Source of the DNA: Octopus vulgaris
Lineage: Eukaryota
NCBI GenBank assembly: GCA_951406725.2
Contig: OX597829.1
Coordinates: 35,712,001-35,776,000 of the forward strand
DNA: 64,000 nucleotides
Reading direction: 5' to 3'
In this document: positions 1-14,001 of the stretch, one piece after another
How positions within the stretch are numbered: the first letter of the stretch is position 1
How the letters are laid out: each line of letters begins with the position of its first letter
Translations under genes and position numbers: made by a program
The notes under the pieces: generated by a model
What the model was told of the DNA's origin: nothing
Database searches by the model: none
The model's input: the letters and a program-made list of their open reading frames with translations, nothing else

Positions 1-111
1 GGAGTTCGGTGTCAAATTCCTGAGGAAGCGTCCAACTTAAATTTTTCAACTTATATTTGTTGTTTCTGGTCGTTTTTCGTGAATAAAATGGGTTTTCTCT
101 TCTGGAGTGTT

Positions 112-285
112 ATTATATGATATTTAGTTGTGCTTTGTATTTTTCAATGAACATACTTTCCTTATTTAATCAGAATCGGGTTCAAGTGTTTCCGCTGCAT
201 TAATAGAGAGAGAAAACTTGGTATTACGGATTTATATTTGTGGGGCATTGATCTAAGTGTTTGCTCACAGAAAATTTTCTGGTCA
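112..285 (-). pseudogene. Penelope-like element GIY-YIG endonuclease C-terminal relic
   Basis: Manual minus-strand translation TRKFSVSKHLDQCPTNINP*YQVFSLY*C...LNKESMFIEKYKAQLN resembles the PLE endonuclease end (V.KH...KE..FI.K..P.LN); several stops. Confidence 0.6.
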
Positions 286-577
286 TTGGATCCCATAATC
301 ATTGAAATTTCTGTGAACATTTGAACATTTGATCGTTTAAACATGTTTTTCTAACTTTAAACTGTCCTAAACCGCTTATTTATTCGTACCGTTGATAAGC
401 CAAAAGTTGGAGAAACCGGCCAACCGGTTTGGTATTTGAATAAATGTACTACAAAATTACAAAATTTAAAAACGACTACAAGTTTTGAGATTCAGGTGCA
501 TTTTCAAACCCTACAACAAATTCCCTATGTATGTGCGAGTGTGTGGGTGTGTATGTACACACACACACATATCTTGC

Positions 578-812
578 CCATATGTTGGTTAGTCGGGGCG
601 TCGGCTAGCCGACCGATTTACCGATCATTTATGGGATATCCGCCAGCGAAAAGTGTCTCGTTGCCCGTCATTTTTGCTCTGCCGGCCATTCCACTGCACA
701 CCCCACAGTCTTCAGTCTGGTCTCGCACCATGGATCTAACAGCACCACTCTTCACGTTGAACAACGCTACATTTTCTCGCTTGAAACCCATATACCGTAT
801 GGACTTAATACT
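578..812 (+). pseudogene. Penelope-like element GIY-YIG endonuclease relic
   Basis: PYVG*SGRRLADRFTDHLWDIRQRK / frameshift / VARHFCSAGHS...EQRYIFSLETHIPYGLN: YIG-R-H, VA.HF, E and GLN motifs. Confidence 0.8.
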
Positions 813-1120
813 CATCGCCTTCCAGTAACATCCTCCACACACCTTTTTAAGAATAGTTTTTTAATCTTAATTTAAAAAAATTTTAATCTTTAAATTTTAA
901 GTTTTAAGTTTTAATTTCTCTTAATTTTAATTCTTATCGATTTAAATTTTTTATTTAAATTATTCTTAATCTTAATTCATCTTCCATACACTTCTACACA
1001 CTCACATACATAGCTTGTGCACACCCCCACATACGCATACTACATACACAGTTAACGCGCACGCACACACACACATATTTCTATATCTTGGCACGACCAA
1101 AAGTCTCTTCACATACACCA

Positions 1121-1123
<3 letters not shown>

Positions 1124-1192
<69 letters not shown>
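1124..1192. repeat. (CA)n microsatellite
   Basis: Pure CA run. Confidence 0.95.
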
Positions 1193-1196
<4 letters not shown>

Positions 1197-1594
1197 AGAT
1201 ATACATGCATGCACATATACACACGCACATATACACACAGAGGCACATGCAAACATTATTATACATATATACACACGCATACATCAACACACACACATAC
1301 GTATACACAAAAACACATATATACACTCCCACACTTGTCATCTCACCTCTCACCACCAAATCTAACTGCAACTGCTAACCTGTCCACACCCTTACTCACA
1401 CATCGTTCACATAAACACAAACATCCACGCACACAGATACTAACACACACACTCACACTCACCATTTTTTGCACTTTGCTGTCTTAAAAACCACTTCCTC
1501 TATCTCTCTTCCTCTTCCGGTCACTTCAGCCATGTAGCCACAAACTTTATTTTCCTGGACATTCTTTCTTCTCTCCGTACCTTTGCTCTCTCCT

Positions 1595-1629
1595 TTTTCG
1601 GACGAAGAGCCATGCTCGAAACGTTATAT
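1595..1629 (+). ncRNA. Degenerate minimal hammerhead ribozyme motif
   Basis: CGGACGA-A-GAGC-cau-GCUC-GAAAC-GUU; U4 substituted and stem I weak. Confidence 0.5.
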
Positions 1630-1980
1630 TCTGCCTTTTCCTTTTATACTCTATACTTAGCGTCAACTTAATACATCCCATGTGTACATATACATGAGCG
1701 AGAGGAGTGAAAGAAATTGAGGGAACAAATTTCAGCATCCCACTCTAGCGTCTTCCCATTACAAACATGATTATGTATATATCTGTGTGTTTTCATCTCT
1801 CCATATCTTAAATGTTATGTATGCATTCACATACATGTATACATACATATACATATATACATATATATATATATATACATATACACATATACATACAAAC
1901 ATATATGTGTGTAACTCGTGAATACCACCGGCGATTTTTTTTCCTCTGTCCTCCCGTCTCGGGATCTTTCCTTCTCCCAT

Positions 1981-2015
1981 GTTTCCGACGAAGAGCTCCG
2001 CTCGAAACGTCAAAC
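1981..2015 (+). ncRNA. Minimal type-I hammerhead ribozyme motif (PLE type)
   Basis: GUUU-CCGACGA-A-GAGC-ucc-GCUC-GAAAC-GUC-AAAC: stem I GUUU/AAAC, stem II GAGC/GCUC, palindromic ACGU stem III; core U4>C. Confidence 0.75.
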
Positions 2016-2107
2016 CTTCCTTCTTCCCTTCTTTCCTGAGCGTCCAATAATACTTTATTTGTTCCACATCCTTGCGTTGTTGTCTTTTTGTTTTCTTGTT
2101 TGGATTA

Positions 2108-2635
<528 letters not shown>

Positions 2636-3144
2636 GCGAGAAAAGGCACGTGTGGTGACAGTCGAGCACGTTTAATATTACACAGTTAACATTAAAAGCA
2701 TGGAAATTTATAAGACAGATGTGGCTAAAGTATTACACTCCGATATCTCATAAATCACTGCTTCAAATGATATACAATAGCATACTTCTCTGCCGTTTTT
2801 TCGCTCACTCTTTTTCATACGCTTTTTCTGTCTGTCTGTCTGTCTCACTGTCTGACTGACTCTGTCTCTTTGTCTATCACTGTCTGCTCGTCTGGCTACC
2901 TTTCTGTTTGCTGTTTGTATACATTTTGTCATTTTCTCTGAATTCCACTCTTCCTCACCCTCTTTCTGTTTGTATTCCCCCTCCACACATATTCAATTTA
3001 TTCAGCCTCTCGTTTTGTCCAGCTACTTGGACTGTTTACGAATATTTTCTCATACTTAGTTCTCAGCTAAAAATGATTTGCACATTAAATACTTTAATTA
3101 ATTTGCACCATAATATTTATATTGTTGTTATTGTTGTTATTACT

Positions 3145-3600
3145 GAGTGAGAGAGTAGCGCGTGCCATTAGACTGACAATGGGGTACAAATATACCCATC
3201 ATGGATGTATCTATCATGAATACCTTCTTATAAGGGTACATGAGGCACATACATGACAATATGTACGTGAGTTGACGCTCACGTATCAAGGTAAACAGCA
3301 CATGGCCTTGCAGGTGGAGCCCAGCTAAAATTTTATTCAGTTTGAGTAGCCCATCCCGCTCAAAAGGTCCTTGAAATAGGGTTATTTAAGGAACGAAACA
3401 CTCATGTTTCCAGAGGTGAATTATTCAAACCCATAGAATTTCTCTTAACATATGGCTATGATGCTCCCCCACTATTTCTGCTCGTGATCAGAGATGCATA
3501 TATCGTCAGCCACTAAGGGACATGCTCGACTGGTTAAGGTCAAACAACTGACAAGCAAATCTGTCTCATTGAGCAGAATATTTGCTGTAGCCTATCTTAT
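3145..3600 (-). repeat. Unclassified interspersed repeat with AAT/AAC-like tail
   Basis: Higher-complexity block abutting a degenerate (ATT/GTT)n tract at 3118-3143; no convincing ORF. Confidence 0.3.
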
Positions 3601-3689
3601 TACCTTTGTACATATATTACTTCCTATTATCATTTTCATATACACACATCAGATTAGACTGTTGGAAAAGAAAAAAATCCTAACATCGG

Positions 3690-6561
3690 GCTATAACAAC
3701 TAACGTTAGATGCCAAAAACCATCCTAAGTATCCTAGTTGTCCCAAATAACAGTTTTCTGGATGTGTATTAAACTGTGTTTTACGCCTATTTCCTATATC
3801 CATCAGTTCAGATCTTTAGGGATAATTCGCAATGCACCTATAACTACAGGGATACATTTTACCCGTACTTTCCGAAGTCTCAGTAATTCAATGGCTAGGT
3901 CCTAGTAATTTGTTATTTTTTCTATACCTCTCATATTGATGTTTTCATCATTTGAGACTGTAAAACCAATTATCTGGCAATTTCTATTCTCTTTATCACT
4001 ACTAAATCAGGCCTTTTAGCTTCTATTATTTACACCAGTTTGCTGCTTTTTCAACTTGTATTTCTTACTTTCTATTACTTTACTAGGTTCATGTTCATAC
4101 CATTTATCAGTATCTTAAAATCACAGCTTTCTGTACAACTCCCGGCAGATTGCTCTCCCGAGATTGTCATGTCTATTCTTGTATTCATTCTGTGCCAGCA
4201 TGCTACATTCTCTTACTATATGAATAACGCTTTCCTCTTTTGATTTGTATAACCTACTTTCGGAATCTACTTGGTTTTTGTTTATCGTGGCTTTTATCCA
4301 ATTAGTCCTAAATGTTTGATCTTGTGCAGCTGCTAACAAACTTTCTGTCTCCCTTTTCAGCTTTCCTTCCTGCAGCCACAACCATGTCTCACTACTACTA
4401 TTTGCTGAAACTATCTTTGGGAATCTACCATGCAGCGCCTTCTCCTGTCAATCAGATAATTTCTGTTCTTTTTCTGATTTTTAAGTTCGTTTGGGTTTTG
4501 GGTTTCCTATGTCTTGCTATGACTCTAGCAGCTTTTTAATAAACTTTCTTCACTATTACCTACATAAAAGTCTATATCTAGCTAACTCTACTCAGTCCCC
4601 TACTGATATGAGCCCTCTTCCGCCTTCCCTTCTTAGCATGTATTAAGGAATCTGTCTCTTTTTCATTCTTACGAAAACGCTTCAGATCGTCCACGTAGAG
4701 CAACTGGTTAATTTTTCCCTTATTATTTCTGAACTGATACCTACCTTTTCCCTCCTTAATAATAAAGTGAGAGGAACCAAACATACGACAAATATTAAAG
4801 GTTACAACGCGTCCCCCTGGATAATTCTAAGAGTGTGTCAAGTGAGTAAAGATCTACTTTCAAATTTCTTCATGCTAAAGCTAATTAATTCTCTTATTTT
4901 GTCTTCTACACTGAATGTACTCAAACATTCACTTAACCATGATTGTGGGATCGTTTCATAGGCTTTCCTATAATCTATCCATGCTATTGTTAGACATTTT
5001 TTCTAGCTTTTACTTCATTTAGAACTATTTTGTCTATGTATAATAGATCATGCATTCCTATGGCCTTCTTCTTGCAACCATTTTGTTCTTCTGGCAGTAA
5101 ATTCTGATTGTCAAGGTGCTCATAAATGCTTTCTAAAAGCATTCCTGTTAACAGCTTCCATACTAATGGTAAACAAGTGATTGGTCTATAGTTGCTAGCT
5201 GTATTACCTTCGCTCTTATCTTTCATAATGAGTATTATCCTCCCTCTAGTCATCCAATCTGGTATTATTCTTCCATTAAGACAATCCTGAGGTTGTTCCC
5301 TCATCTTCCCATGTCAGCTACTAACTTTCTTTAGCCAGTACCCTTCCAATTTGGTATTTTACGTTACACTTTACTCATTGATGCACTAGTTAGTCTTAGA
5401 TCGGACTGCTTCTCACTCACTACTTCTCTCACTTTCTTTAACCATACTGCACCTCCATTATGATTGACTGGCTTATCCCAAGTATTATTACAGAACGTTC
5501 TAGCTTCCTCTACTTTAGGTTTCTCATCTTCAGTAATTCGTTGTCCACTATTTCTTTGGTTATAAAATCTCCTCTGGTCTGTCTCAAATAATCTATTCTG
5601 TTGATGCTGATTTATTCTTTTTGGATATCCGGAGAGCTTACCTGCTACTGCTATGATACGCTGTTTCAACGCTTGTATTACTGTCCCAAATCCTTTATGT
5701 TTGACAAGGTGTCATTTCTCAAAGAAGGATTTGCTTCTTTGTTTCCTAACTTGTTTGTTTTCCAGGCTTCTTTTCTACTCAGACCTTGTCTTAGTCTTCA
5801 CTTTATTTTGTAATCTCCTTTTCCACATTTGCACTTTTTCATTTTCCTTGTGAAATATCTTAACTTCTACTGACTACAACTCTTCCTGTGCAGATAAATA
5901 ATTTAGTGTCTCCTGTATTTTTAGTATCTGTCATACTGATTACAGAATCTACTTACCAAGTCATTTATAGGAGCTTCCTTGTCGGTGCCTTTTAATGCTG
6001 GTAATCTTTTCCTTACTTCTTTACTCATTACTTCCCACGACTCATCTAAAATCTTCTGAACTTCTTCACTTGAGTTACTGAAGTCGCTGGATAGTCGTTA
6101 GTGATAGCGCTATTATAATTTTTGCTTTTCGGTTCTTCTTTAGTTTGATGTTCTTTGTCTTTTGCACTGCCTGGTCTTTCTTCACCAGTTCTCTTGTGAT
6201 CTCTTCTACCCTCAATTCTCTCATTCACGTTCTTCTCCTAATAACATTAGCTTGATGTACTAATCTCTGCTGAGTCACTTTAAACATACCCCTTGCTACT
6301 CAAAGTGTTAACGTCTGTTTTTTATAGCCCCTTCTTTTAGGTTCACTTTCTAAGTAGCACTGCACCACTGTCCTGTTTTCTTCGCTGGTCCACTTCCTGC
6401 GCCGTGCTATATTTTCTGCCAGGATGACAGCTGTGGTCAGTTTGCATCTTTACTGAACCATTATCGAGCAAGAAGCCTTCCCTTAAATGTCCTGCTTCAT
6501 TTTCGCTGTTACACCAGAGTTTCTTCGGAAACCTCTGTCTGTCATAAACTGAGGTAAGGTA
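3690..6561 (-). mobile_element. R4/Dong-clade non-LTR retrotransposon (RT plus restriction-like endonuclease), near full length, decayed
   Basis: ORF fragments NYRPITCLPLVWKLLTG, LLPEEQNGC, INQLLYVDDLK, WLQEGKLKRETESLLAAAQDQ, ESVIHIVRECSMLAQNEYKNRHD, then KPDLVV and IPVVIGAL by manual translation; many stops and frameshifts. Confidence 0.88.
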
Positions 6562-6867
<306 letters not shown>

Positions 6868-7289
6868 GTCAAGATGAAGAGCGCGATTCGATTAGATACT
6901 TTGTTGGTTGATCGATATTTCGTCAGTAAGTCTGTCTTTGTCAAGTTCAAAGTAAGAAATGATAAAATTTCAAAATTATAGAAATTTAAATTTAAACTAT
7001 GAACGGGAGCAACCAGCGTCCACACGTTGATGGAATGACATCATCAGTCTTTAAGTTTCAATTTTATAACAGGCAAGAAGAAAAAGACAGAGAAAAGACC
7101 GAGAAAAGAGGAGAAAAAAGAAAAGGATATAGAAGAATATTTAGTCAAACAGTTTTGTATAAATTTGATGATATAGTCCTGTCATTTTATTCAGTTTGTA
7201 ACATTTCTACTGGGCACTATATTCCAATTTCCTTTATATTCCCCTCGATGTCTCTTCTGAGACACTGTTTTCGAGGACTCAACAATAAT

Positions 7290-7502
7290 TAGCACTATGT
7301 TAACCTTCTTTATTTTACATAGCCGGTCTATTTCGTAGCATTGCATCACTATCCTGTTTTCTTCGCTAGCCCACTTCCTCCTCCTTGGTCTATTATCTGC
7401 TGGTGCTGTATTGGGATAACAGTTGTGGTAAGGCTGCATCATTACTGAGCCACTGCCGGGCGAGAAGCCTTCCCTTAAAGGTCTAGCTTCAATTTTCGCT
7501 GT
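7290..7502 (-). mobile_element. 5' fragment of the same R4/Dong family
   Basis: ORF ...ADNRPRRRKWASEENRIVMQCY; DNA matches 6350-6510. Confidence 0.75.
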
Positions 7503-7520
7503 TATTATTATTATTATTAT

Positions 7521-7744
7521 TCTCTTTTACTCCCTTTTACTTGTTTCTGTCAATTGACTGCGGCCATGCTGGAGCACCGCCTTTAGTCGAGCAGATCGAC
7601 CCCGGGACTTATTCTTTGTAAGCCCAGTACTTATTCTATCGATCTCTTTTGCCGAACCGCTAAGTAACGGGGACGTAAACACATCAGCATCGGTTGTCAA
7701 GCAATGCTAGGGGGACAAACACAGACACACAAACATATACACAG

Positions 7745-7781
<37 letters not shown>

Positions 7782-7933
7782 CGACAGGCTTCTTTCAGTT
7801 TCCATCTACCAAATCCATTCACAAGGCATTGGTCGGCCCGAGGCTATAGCAGAAGACACTTGTCCAAGATGCCACGCAGTGGGACTGAACCCGGAACTAT
7901 GTGGTTGGTAAGCTAGCTACTTACCACACAGCC
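7521..7933 (-). mobile_element. tRNA-derived SINE family A (CORE-like domain; resembles octopus OR/OK SINEs)
   Basis: A box (ggctgtgtgg), B box (ggttcagtccc), ttgg(a/g)caagtg core, internal TA/CA microsatellite, (taaaagag)n tail; highly similar to copies at 22.9, 28.6 and 31.9 kb. Confidence 0.9.
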
Positions 7934-7980
7934 TATTATTATTATCATCATCATCATCATCATCATCATCATTATTTTTA

Positions 7981-8677
7981 TTCACTGCGGTGTACATAGG
8001 ACGTGTTTTCAAACGCTCCGGATTGGTTCAGTTTAAAACATTTATTTACACCAGTTTGCTGCTTTTTCTTTATTTAGTTTGTTCCAAGTTGTCAATATAA
8101 ACACCAGGAACCTGCCACTGGTTTTTTTTGTTTTGTTTGTTTAGCCCATCGAGCGGCTATATTCGGCCCACAAGATAAGTTCGGTGGTCCATTAATTTAA
8201 GTTAACCAAATACAACTTCCACAAGATGGTGAAGCGCGTCTTGAAACATTTGAGAAAAAAGGAAAACTACCCCCCCCCATAAATCTGGTGACTGCTGAAG
8301 ATTGCTCTCCTCTTTGCTCCGTTAATGGAAACAATACAGGAGAAGGGGAAGAGAAAAGCACAAGTGGGAAAACACAAAGTCCACCTCGTAGTAACAGCAG
8401 TGTAAACATTGACAACAGCAATGGCAGCAACGACAGCAAGAGCTGCAGCAGTGAAGGCAGCAGCAACAGTGATGGAAGCAACAGCAGCAGCAGTAGTAGT
8501 GGTGGCAACAGCAACAACAATGCAACAACAATGCAAAAGACAGCAACATCCACAGCAACAACAACAATAGCGAAGATATCAACAATAATAGCAACAATAC
8601 TAACATCAACAACAGCAACTGCAGCAAGAAGAAGAAGATGATGACGATGATGATGATGGTGGTGGTGGTGGTGATGA

Positions 8678-8711
<34 letters not shown>

Positions 8712-8745
8712 GGTGGTGGTGGTGGTGATGATGATGGTGATGATG

Positions 8746-8785
<40 letters not shown>

Positions 8786-8898
8786 CGATGATGACGACGA
8801 CGATGATGATGATGACGACGAAGATGACAATGAAGAAGAAGAAGAAGAAGAAGAAGAAGAAGAAGAAGAAGAAGAAGAAGAAGAAGAAGAAGAAGAAG

Positions 8899-8931
<33 letters not shown>

Positions 8932-11105
8932 CACAACAACAACAACTTTGAGAACATCACTAACAGCAAGAACATTTTCGCTGCGGCAACAGCCAAAATC
9001 AGACCACGATTCAATTTGGACCTCACAAATAAAGATGAAAAGTTGGCACTGAGCTGGAAGTTCATCACGGCAAGAGCAAACCTGGGCCATCTTAACTGTC
9101 TCGGCAGAGGCCATCGAAGCAGTGGGGCGAAGAACGGGGCATTTCAGATACATCTCAGCAGAAACGAAGAAAGCAGTTTTAATTGTCCTAGCAGATATTG
9201 AAGATGCGCTGAGATGCATCAGGGATGACACCGAGTACATTGTGAGGGATAGACAATACGGCACCGTTTCGGTGCTATTTAAGTCAGAATCCCTCGCTTT
9301 GAAACAATCAATGAAACCTTGCAAAACCAGCAAGGGATACATTATTATGTATTCCTCCCACATGGGGAAACGAATATCATGTGTCCGCATTCTAAGAATC
9401 CCACCCAGTGATATGTGGTGGGTTCTGGGATGCGTAATTGTGGATGGGTGGATGGGCACTGTCTCGATAGAGATGACAAAAACTTCCAGGGAGGTCTGGT
9501 CTGGGGTTGACCTGGAGATACTTCTCCAGATCAGGCCTGAATATGTAAAATGAATCCCGGAACATATCCGTCTCCAGAACGGGACGGTAATACACATAAT
9601 GACTGAGGACAAAAGGCCGACTCGTTTCGTTGTTGGAGAACAACCCATTTGCGAGCCTTCTGCCCTCGACTGATAAAAGGTGCGAAAGATCGAAGGTCTC
9701 CATTACTGCCTATGCCAGGACGAGGACCACAGCCAACATCAGCACCGGTAAAATCATCAGCAACAACACCAAAGGAAACATCAGCAAAGACCTTGACCAC
9801 CCAAAGGGGAAATTAGGTAAGCTCTCTTACTGCCCCCACCCAAATATACATATGAATAAAAACATAAACACACACAAACACACTTACAGCCACAGGCCTT
9901 TCATCATCCAGTAATGAAGATAAAGGAATACCAAAAGCCCTCAAAGAACAAAAAAAAAGAAAACAAAAAAACCACAAAGCATAATAACGGCCACAATATA
10001 AAATACAAACTCCATCCACGCAAACATCAAGTAAGTAAATAAACAAGTCAAGCAAGTAAATAAAACCACATCAACAAAACATATACAACTTCGTGCTTAT
10101 CAAAAGAGCTAACAAGGAATTGATGGCTCTCGTAGAACAGAGCAAAGAAATTCAGAGGGGATGATTTTTGAATCGAGTAAATTTCGTGTACCGAATTTGC
10201 TTCGGGTGCTAATGTCACGTGATTGATTTCTACAAAGGAATTCAAGAGATCTTTCCTGGGGACGTGGAAACCCGAACGTGAAATTCACATCGAAACTTTT
10301 AAAGGGGTTCCCAAAAATATCACACCAATTATGGAAGTCGAACCACCCGACCTTCACAAAACACCGAGAGGTAAGTAAACCTTTGCTCTCTCTTTTTAGC
10401 TTCCCAATATGGCAAGGTTAAGAGTAGGAATTTTAGATGTTCGAGGCCTGGGGTCGCCTAAGAAGCAGGGTTGCCTGCTCAACGACCTAAGGTCTTTAGA
10501 ATTGGAAGTAATTCCTGTACGCGAGACCAGGATTTCCAGCACATGCGCACTTGTCCCCATTTTCGACGACTATCAGATCTTTGCATCTGTTAGTCGACCG
10601 GGAAGGGGAGGTAGGGTGCTAGTGCTGTTTAGGAAAGGCGTGGTTCTCGAGGTAAAGTCGATATTCCGGGACTCGGACAGTAAGTTGGTAGTCCAGGATG
10701 TGAGCAGTAGCTAAGTAGTACCTTTAGACTACCGGGGTCAAAAGGCTGGATTTCTTTAGGCGTCTGGAAGCCTTTCTGGGTACGTCTCGCCCTCCACTGG
10801 TAGTGGGGGACTGGAACAGCATCTTAGGCGCACACTGGGATTGGGTAGGAGTAGCTGATAGAAGCTGGGGGAAAGAGCCTCAAGCACCTGATCAGCCTGT
10901 TCCAACTATCTGACAGGTAGCGACGAGATTTCCCTAATGCGCAAATGTAGACATGGACGAACCAAATAGAGTCATCTAGATCGTATATAGACAAGATTTT
11001 CACCAGGAAAATAGACAGTAGAATGTCCACTTTTTTAAAACGGTCGCCTATTCAGATCACAAATTTGTAATCTGTACGGTAGACCTAGATAAGACGTGTA
11101 GGTAA
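7981..11105 (+). mobile_element. Tx1/L1-clade LINE relic (5'UTR, ORF1 with zinc knuckle, APE endonuclease start of ORF2), 3'-truncated
   Basis: ORF1-like 9122-9553 plus frameshifted (C)FRCWRTTHLRAFCP knuckle about 9620-9667; ORF2 MARLRVGILDVRGL...VRETR...GGRVLVLFRK, then VVGDWNSIL and TWTN...SYIDKIF; 5' boundary uncertain. Confidence 0.75.
8390..8945. repeat. Compound trinucleotide expansion (CAG/CAA, GAT, GGT, GAA, CAA)
   Basis: Directly visible; source of the long homopolymer ORFs. Confidence 0.95.
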
Positions 11106-11346
11106 GGACTCGGTGTGTGTGTGTGTATGTGTGTGTGTGTCCATCTGTCTGTTTGTGTGTGTGTCCGTCTGTCTGTTTGTGTGTGTGTGTGTTTGTGTAT
11201 CTGTCTGTGTATGTGTGTGTATGTGTTCGCCCCTCCACCATCGCTTGACAACCGACATTTCGGATAATGCTACATCTTAAGATTTCATGCTCTGTGATTA
11301 AGATTACTTTGCAAACCATATACACCAGCAAATATATAAACAAAAA

Positions 11347-11400
<54 letters not shown>

Positions 11401-11910
11401 TGATAAATCTTTTCGTACAGATAGCAATATATACATGCATTTCCCGCATATACATTCCATCTCGACCATGTGGTTAATGTCAGAAATCATACGGGGTAGA
11501 TATAGTACCGCAGCATAATATAATGACTAGAGAACTCAAAAATTATTTATACTTTTAAATTAAGGATATAATCATTAAAATGATTATATCAGTGGCTAGC
11601 GTATAAAAAATGAGCATATCGGTAAAATTAATTTTTAAGTATATAATTAAAAATATATAAATAGGGTTATAAATAGAGAACAAATTTAGAGAGGATTGTA
11701 GGTATTTGACATCTACTTCTAGCGTATAGGCGTTGGCATTCCAGCGCCCTTAAGTAAAATCATATTTTTATAATCATATAATTAATTAGGTGCGTGGGGG
11801 TGGGAGAATGTTCAATTTATAGAGAAAGAACCAGAGAAACAGTTACAAGAATAATAGAAATAGAGACAAACGCTCAAGATATTATTTAAATCATCTATAT
11901 TACCATATAA

Positions 11911-11992
11911 CCCAACATATGTTTCGATAGATACAATAAAATAAATTCGTGAGGAAGAATAATGTGGAAAAAGGCATCAACTTTTCAGGGAG
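11911..11992 (-). ncRNA. Degenerate hammerhead motif with long loop II
   Basis: UCC-CUGAAAA-...-GAAAC-AUAU-GUU-GGG; palindrome AACATATGTT; G8>A. Confidence 0.4.
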
Positions 11993-12052
11993 CATATAAA
12001 ACAACAGTGTTCATCAATAAGTCATTTTTACAGATGTAAGAAACCACAAAAT

Positions 12053-12116
<64 letters not shown>

Positions 12117-12145
12117 TTCAACTGTAAATAATGCAAATATATAAA

Positions 12146-12189
<44 letters not shown>

Positions 12190-12299
12190 TTAAAAATAGG
12201 ATAAAATCTTCATAAGAAATTATCAAGTAGTTAGCGTGAAAAAACCTCGTAAGAGAAAAAATCTGTAAATTTTTTCAACCTGAAAATATTTATTCATAT

Positions 12300-12690
12300 T
12301 ATATAGAGGGCACTATTACACATAGATGCCGAACGCTAGGAGGGACTTTTAAAGTCAAAACTACTAAAATAAACAAATTGTACCGAATACAATCTTCGAA
12401 GCAAGTCATTTAAAAACAGAATTTAGTTACACATCACCTGTGATTTCGCAATCAATGCAGTATATGCATTTTATGTTCTTCAGTGCAACGATCTCAAGAT
12501 GTATATGAATGAACAAACACAACATACCAGACGAGCAACGGCAGTGTCCATCGCAGCATATAGGAATGTTCATCCCTACATATCTATGTAAATGGCGGGC
12601 TTTTCGAATTGCATTGTTTATTTTGGTAGTTTTGACTTTAAAAGTCCCTCCTAGCGTGCGGCATCTATGTGTAATAGTGCCCTCTATATA
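12300..12690. mobile_element. Inverted repeat (about 77-bp arms, 12300-12377 and 12614-12690) enclosing a possible GIY-YIG N-terminal relic
   Basis: Arms nearly identical reverse complements; spacer translates HITCD...FYVLQCN...YMNEQTQHTRR on plus. Confidence 0.6.
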
Positions 12691-13009
12691 ATATATATAT
12701 ATATATATATATATGGAAAACAAAGGTGGATTGGGAACGCTTATAATTTTAAAATGCCATTAACAAATTTGACGTCATAGGACGAAAGAAGAGAAGGAAG
12801 TGAGAGAGAGGGAGAGAGAGGGGGGAATTAATGGAGAAATTGAGGTATAAACAAATAGAAAGTAACTGACAGATACATAGAAAAGAGAAAGGAAAGAATA
12901 GGAGATATGGGATGAAAAAATTAAAGATTAAGTTCCAGATATTAATGGGTAAGGCGGCAGATATTATTTGAAATGGCTGAAAGAGTGCTTTTGACAATGT
13001 AAACACCTG

Positions 13010-13430
13010 TAAACACGTTCTTTATAGACGTTGACTAAGTATGCCTCAGTCTTCGTAACACTAATTCTTATCCTTTTCTTGTTGCACTCGGCAGCAAAGC
13101 CATTCAGTGCATGCAGGAGACCATAGCACCATGTCTTCTGTTTGCATTAATCTACCGTTCCTATAACTACGGATTATCATACCACTTCCACGAATGCTCA
13201 TGTTAATCAAGTTAACAAAAGTTATGAAAAGTACGTACCGTTGCCGGAGTCCAGCACTCATGCTGAAAAGTTCTTCACACAAAAATGTAACCTTGAATTT
13301 GCAATGACCTAAACATATATTTGTTCTATTCATTGACTGTACTTCTTGATTTACGATGTAAGAGTTTGAAGTGCAGAAGCTGATGAAGAAAGTATTCTCC
13401 ATTATAAAGGCGTCATCAAGCGACATCTCA
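13010..13430 (-). mobile_element. RTE-like LINE RT fragment
   Basis: LFSMSAGLRQRYVLFITFVN...RLMQTEDMVL is a degenerate G.RQG and F.DD region. Confidence 0.6.
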
Positions 13431-14001
13431 ATGAAGCGGGTGATATGATTGCAGTTAATGGAAGAAAATCATCTCCTGCAGCGAACGATAGCGAAAAGCT
13501 ATGCAGAAAGGCAAGAAACTTCAACTGAATTGAACGAATAAAGGGGAAGGGCAATTAGGAAAAGTTTCCGCAAGTTTCAGTACACTAGCTTGACAAACTG
13601 TATTTGTAATATCTACGAAAGTTCTATCATCGCTTTCGGGATTTCCATTGGCATGCTGTCAACAATAAGAGCACGGTTTTGTTTCACAGACGGTAGTTTC
13701 CAGTTTCTCCCACCTGGATACTTCAAAAATTTAGATGAATGCGAGAAGTTAAAGAGTCTCATGAAAAGTTGTCGAACTTTATTTAGTATTTCACTATAAT
13801 GTGAAGCACTTACTGTCAGTGTTTCATACGACCGGTTTCATTGGTGCTTACTCCTTTTCTGACTACATATCTTGGTTTTATATCAAAACGCTGGAGATCA
13901 CAACCTGTGTCCGATATATTGCGAGTAGCGGAGCGAACCCCTACCATCTAGCGGTGACAAGACCAGGACGAACGACTGCCATATCTAGCAGACAGGTGTC
14001 C

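Larger units (their letters stand above)
1490..2110 (+). mobile_element. PLE pseudo-LTR-like region with two minimal hammerhead motifs about 386 bp apart
   Basis: Lies downstream of the GIY-YIG relic; gacgaagagc-NNN-gctcgaaacgt occurs at 1601 and 1987; related copy on the minus strand at 48150-48340. Confidence 0.65.

Noticed and set aside
7015-7052. CUGAUGA on minus strand as a hammerhead
   Set aside because: No GAAA or stem III downstream
7420-7500. HDV-like ribozyme in the R4/Dong 5' region
   Set aside because: Only a P3/L3-like ggcttctcgcc is visible; P1, P2 and P4 not supported across the three copies
8197-9648. 483-aa ORF and other long poly-H/I/N/D/YI/CV ORFs
   Set aside because: Translations of stop-free microsatellites and antisense LINE sequence
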